Assembly: GCA_040256005.1 (NCBI GenBank)
Contig: JBDZWC010000001.1
Span: 1-60,204 of the forward strand
Length of the DNA stretch: 60,204 nt
Reading direction: 5' to 3'
Source of the DNA: Deinococcaceae bacterium
Lineage (GTDB): Bacteria; Deinococcota; Deinococci; Deinococcales; Trueperaceae
The notes under the pieces were generated by a model that had not been told where the DNA came from, searched no databases, and saw nothing but the letters and a program-made list of their open reading frames with translations. The stretch's first letter is position 1, and each line of letters begins with the position of its first letter. The position numbers and the translations under genes are program-made. Positions 1-10,786 of the stretch are shown here, piece after piece.

Positions 1-445
1 GAGGCGGCACGAGCTCAGCGCACCCCATGAGGAGAAGTAGACACGCCAACGCCGCCAGGCGGCCGCTCGCGCCACGTCGTTCCCTCGTACTCGATCGCCC
101 CGGTCCCGAAGGTCCGCGCATCGTGGCTCCCACTGCTCCTCCGCCCTCGCCCTGGCCCCGTCCGGGGGCGAGCGAAGGGTACGCATCGGCTAGCCGCACC
201 CCGGGGATGTTCCCAACGTTAGATGTGAACTTCATGACGGGCTGTGACGGACCGCAGGAGCCGATTCTTACTTTTCCTCAAGTTGTTCTAATGTGTGCTC
301 CGCGTACTGTTGTCACTGCCCACCAAGGCAGTCGTGCCTAGACTCTCATGGCGTCACGTGCGCTTGCTTCGCGTGGGCAACGCAAGGTTGAAGGGCGGCG
401 GGTGGACCGGTCGCCAAGGCCAGTGGAACTCAAGAAGGAGACGAC

Positions 446-1909
446 GTGCACAGACTTCGAATCTTAGGCATCTTCGCGGCACTTGCGCTTCTGATAGCGG
501 CCTGTGGTGGTCCCACTCCGCCGGCGGGCACTCATGCGCTCACGGTGACTATCGTGGGCGACGGCCAAGTCACTTTCGACAGCAGCGGAGAAAACGCAGA
601 GGGCACCAACAACGTCGCAGCTGGCGACGTGACCCTAGTCGCCTCAGCCAATCCCGGCTCCACGTTTGTAGGTTGGACCGGTGAGAAGTGTTCTGGAGGA
701 GAACTCTCGTGCACCTTCACGCTGGACGGTGACACGGAGATTACCGCCACATTCGCACCGGAGGCCGACGGCACGCATACACTGACAGTCGCCACGGCCG
801 GTGACGGTACCGGGACAGTTGAGTTCGACACCGCCGGCGGAGAGGACGCTGTAGGTACCACGGAGATAGACGACGGCGCTGAGGTGACGCTCGTCGCAAC
901 GGCGACGACGGGAGAGTTCGTGGGCTGGACCGGCGGCGCCTGTGACGGTCAGACTACGAATGCTTGTTCCTTCACGATGGACGCTGACGCCACGATCACG
1001 GCGAACTTCAACGCTCCAGGTGGAGGATCATTTGACCTGACGGTTGCCATCGACGCTGCCGGAACAAGCGCCGGTGGAGTCACCTTTGGACCCGGCGGCG
1101 AGGACGCCGTCGGTACAAATACCTTCGATGAGGGCACCTTGATTACGCTTGTGGCTTCTGCTACTAGCGGCTCGTTCGCTGGTTGGGCCGGCGACGTTTG
1201 TGTAGGCTCTGGAGCCAGCTGCACTTTCACGATAACGGCCAACACCGACGTGACCGCCAACTTCACCGACGCTGCTCCGGGGGAGGGCGAGATTGCTGTC
1301 AATGCTAGTGCCGACGACGGAATCGAGTGGGTCACGCCCGCGAACACTGGCGAAGACGAACACGGGATCGGCTATACGCACAACTCGTTGGAGTATGCCG
1401 GTCTGCCTTATACGAACAGGTACGAGGCAGTGACGATGGCGGGGTTCGCATTCCGGGACCTTGGTATCCCGGCTGGCTCCATCGTGACCGAGGCCTACAT
1501 TCAGTTCACTTCCATTATCCGAACGGGGAACGCTGCTCACATACCGTCGGATAACAGCACCGAGATAAAGCTGCTTATCGCGGCGGAGGCCAACCCGAAC
1601 CCAGCAGAGATTCCGCATCAGACGAACACGGCCCCGCTGTCGTCACGGCCGACGGTTGCCGCCACACAGACCTGGGTAGTTCCAGATTGGGTCAACAAGG
1701 GCGAGAAGACTGACCTGCAGAAGACCCCGGACCTCAGCGCTTTGCTCAACGACCTCATCGCTGCGGGCGGCTGGGACGAAACTAGCGATGTCATGTTCAT
1801 CATCGAGAATGATGACGCCGACGCCACGGTCGGCTGGCGTCAGGTCGCTACTTTCGACGAGGGGATCGCAGCAGCACCGGTGCTGCACTTCACGTACACG
1901 ACACCGTAA
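446..1909 (+). CDS. secreted lipoprotein with three InlB-B-repeat-like domains and an unassigned C-terminal domain
   Basis: GTG start lies 5 nt after AAGGAG (435-440). N-terminus MHRLRILGIFAALALLIAACGG is a signal peptide plus lipobox. Three ~90-aa repeats each carry GW(T/A)G..C...C(S/T)FT....(I/V)TA(T/N)F. I recognise no motif in the last ~200 aa. A hairpin terminator follows. Confidence 0.8.
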   Translation: MHRLRILGIFAALALLIAACGGPTPPAGTHALTVTIVGDGQVTFDSSGENAEGTNNVAAGDVTLVASANPGSTFVGWTGEKCSGGELSCTFTLDGDTEITATFAPEADGTHTLTVATAGDGTGTVEFDTAGGEDAVGTTEIDDGAEVTLVATATTGEFVGWTGGACDGQTTNACSFTMDADATITANFNAPGGGSFDLTVAIDAAGTSAGGVTFGPGGEDAVGTNTFDEGTLITLVASATSGSFAGWAGDVCVGSGASCTFTITANTDVTANFTDAAPGEGEIAVNASADDGIEWVTPANTGEDEHGIGYTHNSLEYAGLPYTNRYEAVTMAGFAFRDLGIPAGSIVTEAYIQFTSIIRTGNAAHIPSDNSTEIKLLIAAEANPNPAEIPHQTNTAPLSSRPTVAATQTWVVPDWVNKGEKTDLQKTPDLSALLNDLIAAGGWDETSDVMFIIENDDADATVGWRQVATFDEGIAAAPVLHFTYTTP

Positions 1910-1927
1910 GTTTCCGAGCAATTCGGT

Positions 1928-1966
1928 CGAGGCGCCGCGCCATCAGGCGGGGCGCCTCGGTTTGTT
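1928..1966 (+). terminator. rho-independent terminator-like hairpin
   Basis: CGAGGCGCC (1928-1936) pairs perfectly with GGCGCCTCG (1951-1959) across a 14-nt loop. It is followed by GTTTGTT and sits 19 nt after the stop at 1909. Confidence 0.6.
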
Positions 1967-2018
1967 GGCGTGTATGGCGGCTCGCGTCTTAGGCGGGAGA
2001 CCTCCTAGGATACGAGCG

Positions 2019-2642
2019 ATGCCTTCCGATCCCATCGCTTGGCTCCTTCGGCGCCTGAACCCGCCCGACCGACCGCCGCGGTTCGCCACCATCGGCGAAG
2101 GGTTCATCGCCCAGCCCCCGTTCAGCGTCGTCGGTGGCGACCACATCCACGTTGGGACGGGAGTGAAGTTCGGGCCGGGAAGCGAGCTGAAGGCGAACGT
2201 CAGGTTTCCCGGGAGCTGGCTGCGGCACCCCGAGGGCGACCATGTTGAACAGACATTCGAGCCCGTCATCCGCATAGGGAACAGGGTCACGGCCACGGCC
2301 TCGCTACAGGTCGTCGCGTTCCAGGAGGTCGTGATCGAGGACGACGTGATGTTCGCGGCCAACGTGTTCGTCGCCGACGGTACTCACGCCACGGAGACGG
2401 GTGACCGCCCGTACAAGTACCAGGGCATCGGTCCGGTGGCGCCGATAAGGATCGGCCGTGGGGCTTGGCTGGGCCAGAACGTGGTCGTCATGCCTGGGGT
2501 CACCATCGGAGAGCTCGCGGTGGTGGGCGCCAACAGCGTGGTGACCCGAGACGTGCCGGCGGGAACGATCGTCGGCGGCGTGCCCGCCAAGCCCATCAAG
2601 AGGTGGGACGCGTCTGCCCGCGCCTGGGTCACTGCAGAGTAG
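2019..2642 (+). CDS. hexapeptide-repeat (left-handed beta-helix) acyl/acetyltransferase
   Basis: Tandem [LIV]-G-x4 hexapeptide pattern: IGNRV, IEDDV, IGRGAWLGQNVVVMPGVTIGELAVVGANSVVTRDVPAGTIVGGVPAK. I moved the start to ATG 2019 (or ATG 1974) because the track ORF start at 1788 overlaps the upstream gene and its terminator. Confidence 0.75.
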   Translation: MPSDPIAWLLRRLNPPDRPPRFATIGEGFIAQPPFSVVGGDHIHVGTGVKFGPGSELKANVRFPGSWLRHPEGDHVEQTFEPVIRIGNRVTATASLQVVAFQEVVIEDDVMFAANVFVADGTHATETGDRPYKYQGIGPVAPIRIGRGAWLGQNVVVMPGVTIGELAVVGANSVVTRDVPAGTIVGGVPAKPIKRWDASARAWVTAE

Positions 2643-2680
2643 CCCCGCTCATGTAGAGCGCGTGAACGTCCCAGGCGGCG

Positions 2681-2710
2681 TACCAGTCCGGGTCTGGTAC
2701 CGGACTGGTA
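2681..2710. promoter_or_regulatory. perfect 11-bp inverted repeat, candidate operator upstream of the sugar ABC operon
   Basis: TACCAGTCCGG (2681-2691), 8-nt spacer, CCGGACTGGTA (2700-2710). It lies 41 nt upstream of the ATG at 2751. No T-tract follows, so it is a poor terminator. Confidence 0.4.
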
Positions 2711-2750
2711 TAGTCACCGAGCGCGACCAATATCCCACAGGAGGTGCAAG

Positions 2751-4106
2751 ATGCGACGGTCTGTCCTCAAGCTGCTCGCCGGGCTGCTTCTCTTCTCCCC
2801 AGTCGCCATGGCGCAGCCGGAGATCGAGCTGACCTGGTGGATCAACCCGTGGCGCATCGTCACGCCGGACATGGAAGAGGGGCAGAGCCCCACCGGCGAG
2901 GAGTACGCACGGTACATGAGCGAGCAGTTCATGGCGCTCCACCCCAACGTCACGGTCCACTACGAGATCGTGCCCAACTCCGGCTACGGCGAGAAGATCA
3001 CGACCGCGATCTTCTCGGGCACGACGCCGGACGTGGTCAAGGACCTCAACTGGAACCCAGATTGGGCTCGCGAGGGGCTGCTGGAACCGATCGACGCGTA
3101 CCTCACCGACGAGGACAGGGAAGACTTCCTCTCCTACGCGCTGGAGAAGGGCAACGTCGACGGGCAGCACTACATCTGGCCCTGGAACAACTCGAACAAC
3201 GGCATGGGCTCGACGCTGCTGCTCAACACCGACCTGTTCGAGGAAGCCGGTGTCGAGATCCCCGCACTGCCAGATCGTTCCTGGACGATCGACGAGTTCC
3301 TGGCGGCTGCCGAGAAACTCACGATGGACCGTGACGGAGACGGCACGACGGACGTCTACGCGATCACGTTCGCCGCGCGCGACACCGAGAACATGCTCGC
3401 GTGGCTCATGCGCTTCGGTGCCCAGTTGATCAACGACGAGGGCACGGCGTTCGTGCTGAACTCGCCCGAGGGCGTGCGGGCACTCCAGTTCATCGTGGAC
3501 CTGATCTACGAGTACGGCTACGCCCCCCAAGGCGGCGAGGCCCTCGACGTGTACGGCACGATCGAGAACCTCCACAACGCCCGCGCGGCCATCGGTTACG
3601 GCGGGATCTACGAGATCGGGCGCATCGACCGGTACCTCAAGGAGGGCCGCATGCCCGATCCCATCAACGTCGTGATCGCGCCCTTCCCGAACGACCCGGA
3701 AGTGGGTCAGATCGCCTACGAGACGTCGGGCGGCTTCCTCGTGTTCAAGCAGAACGACGACTACCGCCGCGATATGGCCATGGAACTCGCCAGGTTCCTG
3801 ACGAACACGGAGAACACGAAGCTCCTGGAGACGCTGCTCTACATCACGGCCCGCAAGTCCTCGAACGCGCAGCTCTCCTTCCAGAACGTGGCTGACTACA
3901 CGGAAGACGTGCCCACCGAGGTGCAGGTCTACCAGAACGCCATCGACCACGGCGTGCCGTACTTCGGGCCCTCGGACCTCGACATCTCGGCCGGCATGGA
4001 GTACTTCACGGCAGCCATGGAGGCAGCGCTGAGCCGTAGCAAGACGCCTCAGCAGGCCCTCGACGACTTCGTGAGGGAGGCCAATCGGGCCGTCTTCGGC
4101 AACTAG
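2751..4106 (+). CDS. ABC transporter extracellular solute-binding protein (family 1, carbohydrate type)
   Basis: GGAGG lies 7 nt upstream. Signal peptide MRRSVLKLLAGLLLFSPVAMAQ. Size (~450 aa) and composition fit sugar-binding proteins. Two permease genes follow. Confidence 0.85.
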   Translation: MRRSVLKLLAGLLLFSPVAMAQPEIELTWWINPWRIVTPDMEEGQSPTGEEYARYMSEQFMALHPNVTVHYEIVPNSGYGEKITTAIFSGTTPDVVKDLNWNPDWAREGLLEPIDAYLTDEDREDFLSYALEKGNVDGQHYIWPWNNSNNGMGSTLLLNTDLFEEAGVEIPALPDRSWTIDEFLAAAEKLTMDRDGDGTTDVYAITFAARDTENMLAWLMRFGAQLINDEGTAFVLNSPEGVRALQFIVDLIYEYGYAPQGGEALDVYGTIENLHNARAAIGYGGIYEIGRIDRYLKEGRMPDPINVVIAPFPNDPEVGQIAYETSGGFLVFKQNDDYRRDMAMELARFLTNTENTKLLETLLYITARKSSNAQLSFQNVADYTEDVPTEVQVYQNAIDHGVPYFGPSDLDISAGMEYFTAAMEAALSRSKTPQQALDDFVREANRAVFGN

Positions 4107-4132
4107 CGCCCGAGACGACCGAGCTAACACGC

Positions 4133-5104
4133 GTGTCGACTACCACCACGCCCGCCGACGTGACAGGCGGGAACATGCGACCCCGGGCCAACGCCCGGGG
4201 TCGCGTTGAGGGCAGGAGCGGCGGCCCGCGCCGCCGTTCCCTCACCTCCGGCGGCCCATGGGGCCCTATCTTCGTTGCGCCGCAGACCCTGCTATTCCTG
4301 GCGTTCTTCCTCATCCCTGTAGTCATCGCCGTCGCTCTGGCGTTCATGGAGGTCAGGCCCACCAGCATGTCGTGGGTAGGTCTCGCCAACTTCAGGCGCG
4401 CCCTGAGCGACCAGCTGTTCCATAGGGCGCTGATCAACACCAGCGTGTTCACGGCCGTTGTCGTCGTGTTCTGGCTCGGCAAGGCGCTGCTCGTCGCCTA
4501 CCTGCTGGACCCGATGAACCAGGCGTTGCAGACGTTCTTCAAGTCGGCGTTCTACCTGCCGGCCGTCACCTCCGGCGTGATCATCTCTCTGATCTGGCTG
4601 TGGATCTTCAACCCCACGTTCGGCCTTCTGAACGCGTTCGTAGGGCTGTTCGGCGTCGACCCGATCGCCTGGCTCGGCAACACCAACACCGCTCTGCCCG
4701 CGCTGATGTTCATGCAGGTCGTCATGGGCGGTGGTTCGAGCATCGTGCTGCTCTCCGCGGCGCTGGCACGCATACCCCGCGACCTCTACGAGGTCGCGAT
4801 CATCGACGGCGCCAAGCGACCCACTATCTTCGCGAAGGTCATCCTGCCGCTCATCCGGCCTACGCTCCTCTACCTCGTGGTGACCGGGACGATCAACACG
4901 TTCCAGGTCTTCGAGGCCGTGTACGTCATGACGCAGGGTGGGCCGCAGTTCGCGACGACGACGGTCGTCTTCCGTATCTACCAGGAGGCGTTCCAGCGCT
5001 TCAACCTGGGCTACGCCTCGGCGCAGGCGATCGTGCTGTTCGTCATCACGTTCATCATGGCGGCCGTCCAGTTCAGGCTCTTGGGACAGAACGTGGAGTA
5101 CTGA
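4133..5104 (+). CDS. carbohydrate ABC transporter permease (MalF-like)
   Basis: Multiple TM segments and a binding-protein-dependent transport EAA-type loop (ARIPRDLYEVAIIDGAKRPTIFAKVILP). The start is uncertain: GTG 4133 or ATG 4175. Confidence 0.85.
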   Translation: MSTTTTPADVTGGNMRPRANARGRVEGRSGGPRRRSLTSGGPWGPIFVAPQTLLFLAFFLIPVVIAVALAFMEVRPTSMSWVGLANFRRALSDQLFHRALINTSVFTAVVVVFWLGKALLVAYLLDPMNQALQTFFKSAFYLPAVTSGVIISLIWLWIFNPTFGLLNAFVGLFGVDPIAWLGNTNTALPALMFMQVVMGGGSSIVLLSAALARIPRDLYEVAIIDGAKRPTIFAKVILPLIRPTLLYLVVTGTINTFQVFEAVYVMTQGGPQFATTTVVFRIYQEAFQRFNLGYASAQAIVLFVITFIMAAVQFRLLGQNVEY

Positions 5105-5973
5105 TGGCCGTCCGCATCGACCCCTTCCTGCGCGATCCCTCGCATCCGGTGAAGCCGACGCCGCTGGGAGCGGTGCTCATCCTCGTCGTGCTCATCGTCC
5201 TGTCCCTGGCAGCGCTGGTGCCGCTCTACTGGATGTTCGCCACGTCCCTGACGCCGTCCGCCATGACGGTGAGGTTCCCGCCCGAGCTCATCCCCACCGA
5301 CCCCACGCTCGACAACTACAGGGCCGTGCTCAGGCAGCCGAACTTCTGGCGCTGGGTCACGAACTCTACGATCCAGGCGATCAGCGTCACCGCCGTCATC
5401 GTGGCGACGGCGAGCATGGCGGGCTACGCGCTGGCCAAGCTGCCGTTCAGAGGGTCGAGGCTGCTCTTCTGGCTGTTCATCCTCTCGATGATGCTGCCGT
5501 TCGAGGCGATCCTGGTGCCGCTCTTCCTCGTCGTCACCCGTCTGGGCATGGTCGACACCTACGCGGGCCTCCTCCTGCCGCTCATGGCGGCGCCGTTCGC
5601 GATATTCCTGATGAAGCAGTTCATACAGACGTTGCCGACCGAGCTGATCGACGCCGCGAGGGTCGATGGCGCCAGCGAGCCACGCATCTTCCTCGACGTG
5701 GTGGTGCCACTCGTCAGGCCCGGCCTGGCGTTCCTCGGCATCATCACGTTCGTGGCGCAGTGGAACCTGTTCGTGTGGCCGCTCGTCGTCACGCGGTCAA
5801 GCGAGATGCGCACCCTGCAGGTCGGCCTCGTGCTGATAAGGGAGCAGGAGCCGCTCTTCTTCGGCCTGCAGATGGCCGCCGCCGTCATGGCGGCGATACC
5901 CGTGGTCGTCGTGTTCTTCGCTTTCCAGCGGTACTTCCTGCGCGGCGTCACGGTGGGAGCGTTGAAGGGGTGA
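5104..5973 (+). CDS. carbohydrate ABC transporter permease (MalG-like)
   Basis: ATG 5104 overlaps the upstream TGA (ATGA-type coupling). Contains the EAA loop LPTELIDAARVDGASEPRIFLDVVVP. The upstream part of track ORF 4600..5973 is the previous gene read in another frame. Confidence 0.85.
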   Translation: MAVRIDPFLRDPSHPVKPTPLGAVLILVVLIVLSLAALVPLYWMFATSLTPSAMTVRFPPELIPTDPTLDNYRAVLRQPNFWRWVTNSTIQAISVTAVIVATASMAGYALAKLPFRGSRLLFWLFILSMMLPFEAILVPLFLVVTRLGMVDTYAGLLLPLMAAPFAIFLMKQFIQTLPTELIDAARVDGASEPRIFLDVVVPLVRPGLAFLGIITFVAQWNLFVWPLVVTRSSEMRTLQVGLVLIREQEPLFFGLQMAAAVMAAIPVVVVFFAFQRYFLRGVTVGALKG

Positions 5974-6824
5974 AGAGCGCAGCGCCGCGACCGGCTTCGG
6001 GGCGGTTCTCGGTCGGGTTCGATCTCGACGGCGTGCTGATGCGCAACCCGTTCGAGACGTGCGTCTTGCCGCGCCTGGCGGAGCTGCTGAAGGCGAGCCC
6101 CGGCCTCTCCGAGCTGGACGAGCACGAGGCGTCCCGCGCAGTGCGCGAGCGCGTGTCGCAGGGGTGGCAGCGCCGCATGGCTGGCGCGGACCTGGTCAGC
6201 GCCTACGACTGGGATGCCATCTACAGGGACGTGGCTGAGGAGCTCGGTGGCTCGGCGGAGCTGACCGGGCAGATCGACGTCGCCGCTTGGGTCGTCCAGT
6301 GCTGTGGACAGGAAGGACACATCGCGGCGCTGCCGGGTGCGGCGGATACGCTGGCCGTGCTCACGCGCCTGGGCGTCAGGACGGTGGTGGTGTCCAACGG
6401 CTTCGCTGCCTACCAGGAGCCGGTGCTCGCTTCTCTCGGCCTGCTCCGGTACTTCGACGCCGTGGTGACGCCGGAGAGAGCCGGTGCCGCCAAGCCCGAG
6501 CGCCAGATATTCGAGCGCGCCGGGCCGCTCGATCTGTTCGTGGGCGACACCCTGGTGCATGACGTGTTCGGAGCGAAACGCGTCGGGATTCCCTCGGCCT
6601 GGTTGCCGCCGAGCCTGCCGGCGGACCTACTCCCGCTGTCGCCGGAGGAGCGCGCGAGGCACCGGTCGCTCCGTGACCTCGTAGAGCAGTCTCTGGCGTC
6701 CTCTCCCCACAGCCGTTTCCATCCGGAGGCCGCCGTCGCCGACTGCATGCCGGACTTCGTGCTGGCCAGTGTGGACGAGGTCGTGGGGCTCGTGCGGTCT
6801 GCTCTCGTCGCCGCTCACCGGTAA
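5970..6824 (+). CDS. HAD-superfamily hydrolase
   Basis: GTG 5970 overlaps the permease stop. HAD motif I is FDLDGVLM. Motif III/IV region is VVVSNG...LFVGDTLVHDVFGAKRVG. Confidence 0.75.
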   Translation: MKSAAPRPASGRFSVGFDLDGVLMRNPFETCVLPRLAELLKASPGLSELDEHEASRAVRERVSQGWQRRMAGADLVSAYDWDAIYRDVAEELGGSAELTGQIDVAAWVVQCCGQEGHIAALPGAADTLAVLTRLGVRTVVVSNGFAAYQEPVLASLGLLRYFDAVVTPERAGAAKPERQIFERAGPLDLFVGDTLVHDVFGAKRVGIPSAWLPPSLPADLLPLSPEERARHRSLRDLVEQSLASSPHSRFHPEAAVADCMPDFVLASVDEVVGLVRSALVAAHR

Positions 6825-7603
6825 CGCGCCCACTCGGGGTCGTTCTCGAACTCCCAGCGGTAGTGCTCCCGACCCACCAGGCGGCTGGCCGCTGCCTCGT
6901 CGGCGATGACGACGCAACGGGCATGTAGCTGCAACGCCGTCGCGCTGACCATCGAGGTGATGGGTCCCTCCGTCGCCGTGGCGAGGATCTCAGCCTTGCG
7001 CTCGCCGGTGACGATCATCAGCAGCTCGCGCGACTCGAGGATCGTGCCCACGCCCATCGTAAGGGCGTAAGGCGGCACCGCCTCCGGGTCTCCGCCGAAC
7101 ATGGGCGCGTTCTGGCTGCGCGTGGTGGGTGTGAGGGCTACCTGGCGCGTGCGCGACATCAAGGCAGACAGCGGCTCGTTGAACCCGATGTGCCCCGTGC
7201 GTCCCAGGCCGAGGAGTTGGAGGTCGACGCCATCCGCCAGCTGGATCGCGGCCTCGTAGGCCCTCGCCTCGGCCGCCAGGTCGGTCGCCACGCCGTTCGG
7301 TAGGTGGGTGTTCTCCGGCTGCAGGTCGACATGGTCGAAGAGATGCCGGCGCATGTAGTGGTGGTACGACCTCTCGTCGTCCGGCGGCAGGCCGACGTAC
7401 TCGTCAAGGTTGAAGGTCGTCGCTCGTGCGAAGGAGAGGCCGGCGTCTTCGTGCAGCGCCACCAGCTCGGCGTAGATGCCCTCCATGGTGGCGCCGGTGG
7501 CGCAACCTAGGACGAGGTCGGGCTTGTCACGCAGCCGGTCCGCGACGATGCGCGCCGCGAGGCGCTCGGCGGCCTTGGGCGTGGGAAGGATGAGGATCTC
7601 CAC
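6815..7603 (-). CDS. nagB: glucosamine-6-phosphate deaminase
   Basis: The translation MEILILPT..LVLGCATGATMEGIYAELV..FNLDEYVGLP..LGLGRTGHIGFNEP matches the NagB/6-phosphogluconolactonase-fold signature throughout. Confidence 0.85.
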   Translation of the reverse strand: MEILILPTPKAAERLAARIVADRLRDKPDLVLGCATGATMEGIYAELVALHEDAGLSFARATTFNLDEYVGLPPDDERSYHHYMRRHLFDHVDLQPENTHLPNGVATDLAAEARAYEAAIQLADGVDLQLLGLGRTGHIGFNEPLSALMSRTRQVALTPTTRSQNAPMFGGDPEAVPPYALTMGVGTILESRELLMIVTGERKAEILATATEGPITSMVSATALQLHARCVVIADEAAASRLVGREHYRWEFENDPEWARYR

Positions 7604-7631
7604 CCGGCCATCGTATCCGCGTCGTGCCGAC

Positions 7632-7895
7632 CTATCTCAGCAGCATGGGGTCGTTCTTACCGGGGGTGGACCGAAGCCGGGCCTCGAGCGTCCGCGCCTG
7701 TTCGAGTGCGTACTCGGTGGCTGCCTTCTCACCACTGGCCAGCGCGTCCTCGGCGGAGCGCTTGAAGGCGAAGATGTCCATCTCGAAGGCCTGGGCGAGG
7801 CCCTTCTGGTTAGCTAGCGTCTCGATCTGTTCGATGGCTGACCTGAGTTGCGCCTTCATGTAGAAGGGTGCAGAGTCTTGGCGCATACCGCCCAT
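7632..7895 (-). CDS. hypothetical small helical protein
   Basis: Only an ORF with coding-like composition and no recognisable motif. Start ambiguous (7895, 7886 or 7859). Confidence 0.35.
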   Translation of the reverse strand: MGGMRQDSAPFYMKAQLRSAIEQIETLANQKGLAQAFEMDIFAFKRSAEDALASGEKAATEYALEQARTLEARLRSTPGKNDPMLLR

Positions 7896-8005
7896 ACTTG
7901 AACAGCCAGCATGTCGGAAAAATCACACGGAGCGCAAGTGGGCGCCCTTCGTGACCCGATGAGAGACCCGGCGCCCGGGGGGCGCCGTCGCGGCCGCGGC
8001 TGGGC

Positions 8006-9076
<1,071 letters not shown>

Positions 9077-9089
9077 GCGAGCCTCACTC

Positions 9090-10760
9090 TCAGAACCTGA
9101 CCGTGGAGGCAGCCGCGGCTCGGCGCCCGACGAGCGTGCCGATGATGCCGACCGCGACGAGCACGATCGCGAGCAGGACGATGCTGAAGGCCGCCGCTAC
9201 CCCGAGCCGACCTGAGCCGACCTGGTTCAGGATCTGGACGGTCATGAGGTTCCAGTTGGCAGAGACGAGGAAGATGGCGGCGCTGATCGCTGTCATGGCG
9301 CGCACGAACGCGAACACCAGTCCTGAGAAGAAGGCGGGGGCGATCAGCGGTAAGGTCACCTTGCGGAAGGTCGTGACGCCGTCGGCCCCTAGGTTCTGGG
9401 CGGCCTCTTCGATAGACGGGTCTATCTGCCTCAGCACCGCGATGCCGTTCTGTATCCCGACCGGCACGTAGCGGAACACGAAGTTGAGCACGAGGATCGC
9501 GAGGGTCCCCGTGAGGATCAGCGGTGGCCGGTTGAAGGCGAGGATGTAGCCGATCCCCACCACGGTCCCGGGGACGGCGAAGTTCAGGATCGAGAGGAAC
9601 TCCATCGGGCGCTTGCCCGGGAACACCCTGCGGACGACGAGGAAAGCGATGAGCATGCCCATCAGGCCGGAGACGGGGGTCGAAGCGACGGCCACGAGGA
9701 CCGTGTCTTTCACGGTGTCCCAACCGACGTCGAAGACGTAGACGAAGTGACGCAGGGTAGGGGTGTAGTCGAACCCCCACACGGCCGTGCTGGCGCCGAT
9801 GAGGATCACGCCGTAGAAGGCCACGACGACGAGCCCGAACAGCAGGACGCCGGCGTAGAGCAGCCACTTCCCGGCGGGGCCGACCGCCTTCGTGGTGGAC
9901 GCGGTCGGCTTGCCGGTCACCGTCACGTACTGACGCTTGTTGATGTAGTAGCGCTGGATGGCGAAGGCGGTCAGCGACGGCACGAGGAGTACAGCCGCCA
10001 GCATCGCACCTCGCGGCAGGTTGAACGAGCCGGTGATCTCGAGGTACGCCTGTGGTGCGAGCATCGGGAACGCTGCGCCCGCCAGCACGAGAGGGTTGCC
10101 GAAGTCTGCCATCGACTCGATGAAGACGACCAGGAAGGCGCTCGCTACCCCGGGCAGCGACAGCGGGAGCACGACGCGACGGAACACCTGGCCGCGCGAC
10201 GCGCCCACGTTCATGGCGGCATCCTCCAGGGTGGGGTTGATACCTGCGAGCACCCCTCTGAGGCTCAGGTAGGCGATCGGCGTGAACGTGAAGACCTGCG
10301 AGGCCACCACGCCCCAGAACCCGTAGATGCTGAAGTCGCGCAGCCCCAGGAGCTGACGCGTGATAACGCCGTTGAAGCCGAACAGGAACAGGATCGAGAT
10401 GGCGCCGGAGAACGGTGGCGAGACGATGGGCAGGATCGTCGTGTTGTGAAGCACGCGTTTCAGCGGCACGTCCGTGCGCGACAGGGAGAAGGCGACGAGG
10501 TAGCCGATGACCACGCTGATCGCAGCGACCAGGGTAGCGACGCCCAGGCTGTTGCGCAGCGCGTTGCGGTAGAGCCGCCTCTCGGCGAGCAACTGATAGT
10601 TGTCGAGCCCCAGCCCTGTGCCCGTCGTGAAGCTCTGCCAGAGGACGAGCAGTATGGGGTAGAGCACGAAGACGAGCAGGGCCGCCAGGATCAGCACGAC
10701 CAACCCGAACAGGATCGGGTCGCGCGCCAGGAGCCGGAGCTCCCTGACGGCCCTACTCAT
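9090..10760 (-). CDS. iron(III)-type ABC transporter permease, duplicated (two permease domains)
   Basis: 556 aa with about 12 TM segments and two EAA-like loops (LEDAAMNVGASRGQVFRRVVLP and IEEAAQNLGADGVTTFRKVTLP), as in FbpB/AfuB. Confidence 0.85.
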   Translation of the reverse strand: MSRAVRELRLLARDPILFGLVVLILAALLVFVLYPILLVLWQSFTTGTGLGLDNYQLLAERRLYRNALRNSLGVATLVAAISVVIGYLVAFSLSRTDVPLKRVLHNTTILPIVSPPFSGAISILFLFGFNGVITRQLLGLRDFSIYGFWGVVASQVFTFTPIAYLSLRGVLAGINPTLEDAAMNVGASRGQVFRRVVLPLSLPGVASAFLVVFIESMADFGNPLVLAGAAFPMLAPQAYLEITGSFNLPRGAMLAAVLLVPSLTAFAIQRYYINKRQYVTVTGKPTASTTKAVGPAGKWLLYAGVLLFGLVVVAFYGVILIGASTAVWGFDYTPTLRHFVYVFDVGWDTVKDTVLVAVASTPVSGLMGMLIAFLVVRRVFPGKRPMEFLSILNFAVPGTVVGIGYILAFNRPPLILTGTLAILVLNFVFRYVPVGIQNGIAVLRQIDPSIEEAAQNLGADGVTTFRKVTLPLIAPAFFSGLVFAFVRAMTAISAAIFLVSANWNLMTVQILNQVGSGRLGVAAAFSIVLLAIVLVAVGIIGTLVGRRAAAASTVRF

Positions 10761-10786
10761 CTGCTACTGCCGGCCCTGCGCCGGGC

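Noticed and set aside
1-121. Possible 5' end of a minus-strand gene running off the left edge. ATG at 121-119 gives MRGPSGPGRSSTRERRGASGRLAALACLLLLMGCAELVPP, which has a lipoprotein-like LLMGC.
   Set aside because: Only 40 codons are visible. The N-region is Gly/Arg-rich, like random high-GC translation, and there is no SD or recognisable domain. That is not enough to call a feature.
1788-2018. Upstream part of track ORF 1788..2642.
   Set aside because: It overlaps the 3' end of the lipoprotein gene and runs through the hairpin terminator. The sequence (Ser/Arg/Cys-rich) is not protein-like. The acyltransferase fold starts after ATG 2019.
4600-5969. Apparent N-terminal extensions of track ORFs 4600..5973 and 4938..6824.
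   Set aside because: These are out-of-frame readings of the preceding permease genes. The real genes start at ATG 5104 and GTG 5970, each overlapping the previous stop.
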